Origin: Candidatus Aenigmatarchaeota archaeon
GTDB taxonomy: Archaea; Aenigmatarchaeota; Aenigmatarchaeia; CG10238-14; SCSR01
Assembly (NCBI GenBank): GCA_016187385.1
Contig: JACPJU010000001.1
Location: forward strand, 337,144-401,143
DNA length: 64,000 nucleotides
Direction: 5' to 3'
This document shows, one piece after another, positions 57,579 to 64,000 of this stretch. The notes beneath the pieces were generated by a model. The model was not told where the DNA came from. It ran no database searches and saw only the letters and a program-made list of their open reading frames with translations. Numbering within the stretch: position 1 is the stretch's first letter; the number at the start of each line of letters is the position of its first letter. The translations under genes were made by a program, and so were the position numbers.

Positions 57579-57953
57579 ATGTTATTTTTGCCGTTCAGAC
57601 ATGAAAAAGAATACCAACTTCCATTATTTGATGTCAGCAAATATAGAGGACGGTATACAGGTAACTTTGGAGAAAAATTGCAGAGAAGATACGAAACTGA
57701 GAGAAGAATAGTCTCCTACAGAGAGCTTGCTATTGTTGGAGCAAGCATGGGAACTTTTGTAACATTAATCGGATTAATACCAAGTGAGCTTAGAGAAGGA
57801 TTGTTAAAGCAACCTTATATTGTAGGAATGAATATTTTTGGATTGGCGATTGCATTTCCCGCATTAGCATATTTAGTGGATGAAATAACCGATTTTTATC
57901 ATTTGGGGTCACAAAAATTAAGTTCATTAAGACAACACTCAAAGACAGAATAA
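57579..57953 (+). CDS. Hypothetical membrane protein
   Basis: 124 aa with 2 TM helices. Confidence 0.3.
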   Translation: MLFLPFRHEKEYQLPLFDVSKYRGRYTGNFGEKLQRRYETERRIVSYRELAIVGASMGTFVTLIGLIPSELREGLLKQPYIVGMNIFGLAIAFPALAYLVDEITDFYHLGSQKLSSLRQHSKTE

Positions 57954-57978
57954 TATAAAACGAGTATAAAAATATTCT

Positions 57979-58140
57979 TCATAGATTTCTGGTAGTCCCG
58001 CATTTCGTGCAGACATAAAGAATGTCGAATTTCGTCTCGTCATTAGGAGACACAACCTGCCTCAGAACAACATCTTCCTTTTTGTGTGCATTCCTCAGGC
58101 AAATACCGCAGGCCGGATACGTCCAATCAAGGTCAACCAT
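57979..58140 (-). CDS. Small zinc-ribbon protein (53 aa), weakly eL40-like
   Basis: Not in the track. Translation is MVDLDWTYPACGICLRNAHKKEDVVLRQVVSPNDETKFDILYVCTKCGTTRNL. The C-terminal CxKCGxTxNL resembles the archaeal L40e terminus, but the Cys spacing is longer. Confidence 0.3.
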   Translation of the reverse strand: MVDLDWTYPACGICLRNAHKKEDVVLRQVVSPNDETKFDILYVCTKCGTTRNL

Positions 58141-58188
58141 CTTAAATCTGTAATTAATTTATAATTTGTTCATAATTAAATCTAATAT

Positions 58189-59892
58189 ATGGACTATTCT
58201 GTTCTTACCGAACTGTATGAAAAATTGGAGAATGTACCATCCAAACTGACCAAAACAGCAATACTTGTGGAATTCTTAAGAAAAGTTCCCACAAGTGAAC
58301 TGCAGAAAGTAGTTTTACTTGTGCAGGGAAGGGTTTATCCCAGTTATTCCGAACAGGAACTTGGCATAGCATCGCAGATGATGATGAAGGCGATATCAAA
58401 AGCAACCGGATTGACTGTATCTCATGTGGAAGACAAATTAAAAAGGACAGGCGATCTTGGTCTGTCAGCAGAAGAATCTGTGAAATCAAAAAAACAATCT
58501 ACACTTCTTAAAAGGAAACTAACTGTGGATTATGTATTTGAGAACTTGAGAAAACTTTCTACAGTAACAGGTTCTGGGTCACAGGATAAAAAACTAAACA
58601 TAATATCGGAATTAGTCGTATCTGCAAAACCGAACGAAGCTAGGTATATAGTCAGAACAATTCTTGGCGATTTGAGGGTCGGTACAGCAGAAGGAATAAT
58701 AAGAGACGCTATTGCAGGTGCATTTCTAATTGATGAGAAATCTAGCAAAGAAGAAAAAGAAAATGCTGTTAATGCAGTCGAAAATGCGTGGAGTCTGTTG
58801 AATAATTACGGCGAAGTTGCTGAATTGGCTAAAATGAAGGGAATCAAAGGACTGCAGAAAGTCGGTATTCAACTTGGCAAGCCATTGCAGGTGATGTTGG
58901 GAATTGCGGCTGAAAATATAGAAACCGTTGTAAAAGATTTCGGTGAAATTCTAGCTGAATTCAAGTACGATGGTATGCGTATCGTGATTCAGAAAAAAGG
59001 AGATAAATTCTGGTTGTTCACAAGAAGACAGGAAGATGTAACCAAACAATTTCCAGATATAGTCGAGTTCGCCAGAAAATCCTTGAAGGCTAAAGAATGC
59101 GTTGTTGAAGGCGAGGCTTTAGGCATAGACCTGAAAACAGGATATCCACTACCATTCCAAATACTGAGCCAGCGCGCCCACAGGAAATACGACATAGAAA
59201 AAATGGCGAAAGAAATTCCTGTCCAAGTGAATCTTTTTGATATAATGTACGTCAACGGAAAATCCTTGTTCAATGAACCTTTGAAAGAAAGAAGGAAGGA
59301 ACTGAAAAAAATCGTGAATCCAATCAATGGAAAGTTCCAGCTTGCAAAATTCATCATAACAAACGATGTAAAGAAGATTGAAGAATTTTATGAAGATGCT
59401 ATAAGCAACAAGCAAGAGGGATTGATGTTGAAAGTTCTGGATTCGCCGTATGTTTTCGGTAGGCATGTCGAGACGATGTATAAGATCAAACCCGTAATGG
59501 AGAATCTTGACCTTGCTATAATCGGTGCAACATGGGGCGAAGGCGGCAGGGTAAGATGGTTGACAAGCTATATACTCGGTTGTAAAGATCCTGACACAGG
59601 AAATTTATTGGAAGTAGGGATGATGAGCACAGGCTTGTCGGAAGATCAATATGATGATATGACAAAAAAATTGAAACCCTTGATTATAAACGAAAAAGGA
59701 AGAACCGTTTATGTAAAACCAAAAATTATTGTCGAAGTCGGCTACCAGGAAATACAAAAGTCACCGAATTACAATTCCGGTTACGCATTGCGCTTTCCTA
59801 GATTCATTCGTGAAAGGTCTTTAGACAAATCAGAGCCAGATACATTAAACAGGGTCGTGTCTCTTTTCAGATCACAAGGAAGATTAGGATAA
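58189..59892 (+). CDS. lig: ATP-dependent DNA ligase
   Basis: 567 aa with the adenylation motif I EFKYDGMR and OB-fold motifs. Confidence 0.9.
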   Translation: MDYSVLTELYEKLENVPSKLTKTAILVEFLRKVPTSELQKVVLLVQGRVYPSYSEQELGIASQMMMKAISKATGLTVSHVEDKLKRTGDLGLSAEESVKSKKQSTLLKRKLTVDYVFENLRKLSTVTGSGSQDKKLNIISELVVSAKPNEARYIVRTILGDLRVGTAEGIIRDAIAGAFLIDEKSSKEEKENAVNAVENAWSLLNNYGEVAELAKMKGIKGLQKVGIQLGKPLQVMLGIAAENIETVVKDFGEILAEFKYDGMRIVIQKKGDKFWLFTRRQEDVTKQFPDIVEFARKSLKAKECVVEGEALGIDLKTGYPLPFQILSQRAHRKYDIEKMAKEIPVQVNLFDIMYVNGKSLFNEPLKERRKELKKIVNPINGKFQLAKFIITNDVKKIEEFYEDAISNKQEGLMLKVLDSPYVFGRHVETMYKIKPVMENLDLAIIGATWGEGGRVRWLTSYILGCKDPDTGNLLEVGMMSTGLSEDQYDDMTKKLKPLIINEKGRTVYVKPKIIVEVGYQEIQKSPNYNSGYALRFPRFIRERSLDKSEPDTLNRVVSLFRSQGRLG

Positions 59893-59981
59893 CCTTTTAT
59901 ACCTTTCATTGTGAATTATTATTACTAAGTAACAATAATCTTTAAAAGCTTGGAATTCAAACGTAAATTACAAGTGAGAAA

Positions 59982-60800
59982 ATGGTATTAGGTTCGCATA
60001 AGGTATTGGACGCTTTGAAGGGAATCGGTTTGAACCTTTACGAGAGAAAATTATGGGTAGCTCTTCTCGCAAAAGGAACTTCTACTGCTGGCGAGCTGTC
60101 GGAAATCGCAAATGTTCCCAGATCAAGAAGCTATGACATTCTTCAGAGCCTGGCTGAAAAGGGATTTGTTATTGTCCAGCCTGCGAAGCCATTGAAATAC
60201 GTTGCAATTCAGCCGTCAGAGGCTATAGACAGGGCTAAAAATAAACTGGAAGAAAATATGCAGTTGACAATCCAAAGGATGGAAGAATTAAAATCGTCGC
60301 CTGCAATGAAAGAATTGAATGAAATCCACAACAAGGGATTGGATATAATCACGCCAGAAGAAATGACTGGTGCCCTGAAAGGTAAAACTTCCGTTTCCCA
60401 GCAATTAAGTTCAATGTTCAAAGTTGCGAACAAAAGAATCAGCATTGTCACGACGCAAGAAGGTTTGAACGAAATATACAGCAGTCATTTCAATGATTTG
60501 AAGAAGGCTGTCGATAGGGGTGTTAAAGTGCAGATAGCAACTTCAGGAATAGATAAATCCATGGAAGCTGTAAGGGGGTTGGACGGTATTGCTGAAGTGA
60601 GACAATTGAATCAAAAAGTTGTGCCGATTGCCGGCCGGTTTGCTGTTGTCGACAGCAAGGAAATGGTTCTGTCATTGACAGACCACAAAGTTCATGACAC
60701 GCAGCATATGGCATTATGGAGCAAAAGCGAGCATGCAACCGCCAATTTGATGGAACCTTTATTCAGAATGGTGTGGGACAATTCCAAGCGTGTAGGTTAA
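59982..60800 (+). CDS. TrmB-family transcriptional regulator
   Basis: 272 aa. The N-terminal wHTH (LYERKLWVALLAKGTSTAGELSEIANVPRSRSYDILQSLAEKGFV) is typical of TrmB. Confidence 0.6.
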   Translation: MVLGSHKVLDALKGIGLNLYERKLWVALLAKGTSTAGELSEIANVPRSRSYDILQSLAEKGFVIVQPAKPLKYVAIQPSEAIDRAKNKLEENMQLTIQRMEELKSSPAMKELNEIHNKGLDIITPEEMTGALKGKTSVSQQLSSMFKVANKRISIVTTQEGLNEIYSSHFNDLKKAVDRGVKVQIATSGIDKSMEAVRGLDGIAEVRQLNQKVVPIAGRFAVVDSKEMVLSLTDHKVHDTQHMALWSKSEHATANLMEPLFRMVWDNSKRVG

Positions 60801-60802
60801 AT

Positions 60803-62473
60803 TTATTTTAAATTCTCGATTTCTTTTTTCACGTCTTTAACAAAAGTTTCTAATTTCACACCGTACTTGACTTTACCATCGTTTGTTCTAACAGCTATTG
60901 TTTTATTTTGTTCTTCCTTTTTACCGATTACAATTGCGAACGGGATCTTTTGTAATTGTGAATTTCTTATCTTGTATTGAATCGTGCGAGATTCATAATC
61001 GGCAACGACTCTGATTCCGTTCTCGGCTAATTTCTTTTCAACAGATTTTGCATACCTGACATTATCTTCTGAAATGGACAGTACACCAACTTGAACAGGC
61101 GCCAACCAGACAGGGAATTTTCCTTGATAATGCTCTACAAGAATTCCGATGAATCTTTCTATGCTACCATAAATAACTCTGTGAATAATTATTGGTCTGT
61201 GATCCTTTCCATCTTCACCCACGTAATTCAGATCGAATCTTTCAGGCATCATAAAGTCGACTTGGACTGTTGCGCATTGCCATGTCCTGCCTAAGGAATC
61301 TTTGATGTGAAAATCTATCTTCGGTCCGTAGAATGCACCGTCGCCCGGGTTCACTTTAAATTTCAACTTTTTCTTTTCCAGGGCCTTCTTTAATGCAGAT
61401 TCAGCATCTCTCCAAACTTCTTCTGAACCCATCGCCTTTTCTGGTCTTGTCGACAGTTCTACGTGATATTCAAAACCGAATGTTCTGTAGAAGTAGTCTA
61501 TCAAGTCGACAACATTATCAATCTCATCAATCAACTGGTCTTGTGTTACAAATATATGTGCATCATCCTGCGTGAATGTCCTAAGTCTGAACAATCCTGA
61601 GAGGACACCGCTTAATTCATTCCTATTCACTGTTCCAAGCTCTGCTAGCCTTAGCGGAAGATCCTTGTAACTCCTGGAAGTGTTTTTGAAAACCAGGATA
61701 GCACCAGGACAATTCATAGGCTTCAGTGCAAAATCCCTGTCCTCCAAATGCGTGAAAAACATATTCTCCCTGAAATGATCCCAATGTCCGCTGATTTCCC
61801 ACAATGTCTTGTCCAATACGATGGGTGTGTTAATTTCCTGATAATCTCTTCTCTGCTGTTCTTTTCTCCACAAGTCTATTAAAGCATTTCTTATTGTCAT
61901 TCCCTTATTGTGCCAAAAAACCATTCCAGGCCCGACCTCATGAAAACTATACAAGTCCAACTGTTTGCCGATTATTCTATGGTCATTTTCACTTAGAGTT
62001 TCTTCTTTCACTTTAGGAAGTTTTGTTTTCCTCAGAACAGGTTTAACCTCGGTTTTAGAATCTTCAGCCGTGTAAATCTTTGCGGTTTCAGCCAGAGGGT
62101 GCCCTTTGATTTTTATATGCAGTGCCTTCGTCCACCCAAATGGCGCGCGATAAGTTTCTATCTTTAATTTTTTGGCGTGAGCTTCCATTTCCTTGATGAT
62201 TCCCAGCGCTGCATTCGGTTTCGCCAGATTCCTGCTCAAGTGTGCAAATGGGTAGATGACTATTCTTTTTCCTTTGACTTTATCTAAGAAACCTTTGACA
62301 TCATCTATGGCTTTCTTGGCTAAATCTTCATTGTCGCCGTCTTCAACAGAAACAAACAAAACAACTATATTTTCATATCTGTATTTTTTCTTTTCCGCCT
62401 GTTCTGCCGAGGTGATTTCCTTTTCTGTAGGCTCGAATTCTATGAAATCAGCATGGGACTGTAGTATTCTCAT
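60803..62473 (-). CDS. thrS: Threonyl-tRNA synthetase
   Basis: 556 aa. The class II core aligns with ThrRS (DHRIIGKQLDLYSFHEVGPGMVFWHNKG...QEINTPIVLDKTLWEISGHWDHFRENMFFT). Confidence 0.9.
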   Translation of the reverse strand: MRILQSHADFIEFEPTEKEITSAEQAEKKKYRYENIVVLFVSVEDGDNEDLAKKAIDDVKGFLDKVKGKRIVIYPFAHLSRNLAKPNAALGIIKEMEAHAKKLKIETYRAPFGWTKALHIKIKGHPLAETAKIYTAEDSKTEVKPVLRKTKLPKVKEETLSENDHRIIGKQLDLYSFHEVGPGMVFWHNKGMTIRNALIDLWRKEQQRRDYQEINTPIVLDKTLWEISGHWDHFRENMFFTHLEDRDFALKPMNCPGAILVFKNTSRSYKDLPLRLAELGTVNRNELSGVLSGLFRLRTFTQDDAHIFVTQDQLIDEIDNVVDLIDYFYRTFGFEYHVELSTRPEKAMGSEEVWRDAESALKKALEKKKLKFKVNPGDGAFYGPKIDFHIKDSLGRTWQCATVQVDFMMPERFDLNYVGEDGKDHRPIIIHRVIYGSIERFIGILVEHYQGKFPVWLAPVQVGVLSISEDNVRYAKSVEKKLAENGIRVVADYESRTIQYKIRNSQLQKIPFAIVIGKKEEQNKTIAVRTNDGKVKYGVKLETFVKDVKKEIENLK

Positions 62474-62994
62474 ATAGCGCCACTTATATCATATATATCT
62501 GGATTACAAAGTCTAATTATATCTTCGATTTTTAATTCTATTAGTTTATCTGGAAATCCACTACCTGTTAAGACTGTCTTAAACTCCATTAACTTTCTGT
62601 CAAGCATGTGTGTATGTATATCACGATGGTTTATAGGAGGAACAGATCCGACAGGATAACCACTATATTCTAAAACTTCTACTGGAGTAGCAGGTCTTAT
62701 ATCATCACTAATATAACTACTGTGTCCGCAAGGAGCATGATAATTGACATAACCTTTTAAACGTTCTCTAACTTTTTTATAATCAAGTTTTCTATTCGAT
62801 GGAATTATTGTCAATAATCCTTTTTCACTACCTGAATATTTTCCACAAACAAGCACCAGTGATTTTGCAACTCTACCTAACGGTAAACCAAGATTAACGA
62901 TATCGTGTTCATTTTCTATTTTCTTACCATCAACAACTACATCATACCAAATATTATTCTTATCTAAATAACCGAATAAGTCTGGATAATTCAT
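62470..62994 (-). CDS. YbaK/ProX-like aminoacyl-tRNA deacylase (editing-domain protein)
   Basis: 174 aa (LGLPLGRVAKSLVLVCGK...). Its start overlaps the thrS stop (translational coupling). Confidence 0.4.
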   Translation of the reverse strand: MNYPDLFGYLDKNNIWYDVVVDGKKIENEHDIVNLGLPLGRVAKSLVLVCGKYSGSEKGLLTIIPSNRKLDYKKVRERLKGYVNYHAPCGHSSYISDDIRPATPVEVLEYSGYPVGSVPPINHRDIHTHMLDRKLMEFKTVLTGSGFPDKLIELKIEDIIRLCNPDIYDISGAI

Positions 62995-63269
62995 AGGACC
63001 ACCAATTTATGTAGTAAGTTCGGTCTGCCAGAAGCAGATTTTGAATATTCTATCTCAATTCCCTTCTCAGCTATGTAAGAAACAAGCTTGTCATTCAATC
63101 TTTTAGAAGCAGAATTAGAAACAGATATCCTCTTTAGTTCAGGACAGTGTAATAAAAGATTTTTCAATAAGTTCTTACTAATAAATTTCCTAAAATGGAC
63201 TTTTCTGATGTTGGGTGATATTCTAGATAAATCAGAATAGGATGATACTACAATCTGTTTGTCGTTCAC
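62991..63269 (-). CDS. Hypothetical protein
   Basis: 92-aa ORF whose start overlaps the deacylase-like gene. Confidence 0.3.
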   Translation of the reverse strand: MNDKQIVVSSYSDLSRISPNIRKVHFRKFISKNLLKNLLLHCPELKRISVSNSASKRLNDKLVSYIAEKGIEIEYSKSASGRPNLLHKLVVL

Positions 63270-63412
63270 CGGCTAATTTCTCACCCATCTTTAACACCGT
63301 AACAGAGTAATTGAGTTTGATATTTAAATGAATGCCGAAATGTCACAAAATAGAAGAATAAAGTATCAAAAGATAATTAGTTTTTATAAGTTTATCAAAA
63401 TATTTAATCAGT

Positions 63413-63513
63413 AGCCCCGTAGTGTAGTGGTCACTGATAGCCATATAAGCACACGAGACTCTGGATATCATAGGAGAACTCTCGGGACTGCGGTTCGAAT
63501 CCGCACGGGGCTA
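63413..63513 (+). tRNA. tRNA-Gln (CTG) with two short inserts (about 14 nt in the D-loop and about 14 nt after anticodon position 37)
   Basis: AGCCCCG-TA-GTGT-AGTGGTCA[CTGATAGCCATATA]A-GCAC-A-CGAGA-CTCTGG[ATATCATAGGAGAA]C-TCTCG-GGAC-TGCGG-TTCGAAT-CCGCA-CGGGGCT-A. All four stems pair when the two inserts are removed. Total length is 101 nt. Confidence 0.55.
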
Positions 63514-63972
63514 TTATTTTCTAGTTGAGTCTATATACAAGACTTTCTCGTATTCTTTAGGATCCAACTGAAAGAGTTGTGACATCCAAAGGAAAAATGA
63601 TTCATCACTTGGCGGGACATTTGCATTAATTTCTATAAAACCTTGTTTCGGATTGAACCTGCCAATGCAATGATCAACATTACCTTTTTTCTCATAAACA
63701 TTAAAAGTCTGATTTGGGTTGCAACTTTTTTTTGGGCTAACATAATATGTCTCTTCAAGTCCGTTTAAAACAGTTAAAAGGTCTCTTATTCCAATATTTG
63801 GAAAATATCTTGGTTTGAATACTACACTTTTCAAACCCCTGTTTATTACTGTAATCACATTCATGTCATATTTTTCTGCTATTCGTTGTGCCGTTTCAGA
63901 AACACCATGATCACGAGCTTCATACACTACAACCCTACTTTGACCACGAATACCAGTATAAGGTACTATCAT
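63514..63972 (-). CDS. Hypothetical protein
   Basis: 152-aa ORF at the window edge. Confidence 0.3.
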   Translation of the reverse strand: MIVPYTGIRGQSRVVVYEARDHGVSETAQRIAEKYDMNVITVINRGLKSVVFKPRYFPNIGIRDLLTVLNGLEETYYVSPKKSCNPNQTFNVYEKKGNVDHCIGRFNPKQGFIEINANVPPSDESFFLWMSQLFQLDPKEYEKVLYIDSTRK

Positions 63973-64000
63973 TTTATCTACCGTTTGTTCTCTTTACCTG

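Overview
Low-GC archaeal chromosome segment. It carries the split rpoB''/rpoB' arrangement, the archaeal rpoH-B''-B'-A'-A''-L30e-NusA-S12-S7-EF2-EF1a-S10 operon, and intron-containing tRNAs. Some genes appear to start with TTG/GTG. Core genes on the right half: MetAP2, a rhomboid protease, a PfkB-family kinase, an Ogg-type glycosylase, an archaeal Cmk, EF-1alpha, EF-2 interrupted by a large LAGLIDADG intein, RNAP subunits, DNA ligase, ThrRS, a YbaK-like deacylase, and tRNA-Asp/Tyr/Gln. The left ~28 kb, after a partial GluRS and a MEMO-like gene, looks accessory or mobile. It holds a tyrosine recombinase and a solo Cas4-like nuclease. A run of hypothetical, secreted and coiled-coil proteins follows, with TspO and DUF3800. 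Next come an MmeI-like Type IIG RM enzyme, a 3-gene overlapping cassette, and two convergent VapBC pairs. Further on are a 4-gene cluster in which every gene is preceded by the same promoter cassette, an iteron-like repeat array, Lrp and wHTH regulators, and a free-standing LAGLIDADG endonuclease. The most unusual locus is a 2-gene operon at 30.7-33.9 kb. It encodes a class III RNR (NrdD)-like protein that lacks the glycyl-radical and Zn-ribbon C-terminus and carries an N-terminal wHTH, co-transcribed with an unknown 413-aa protein. Other notable points are a possible +1 frameshift at the 5' end of the EF-2 gene, a CCCCTTGGAGG motif recurring in three intergenic hairpins, a candidate structured RNA, and multiple LAGLIDADG genes clustered beside tRNAs.
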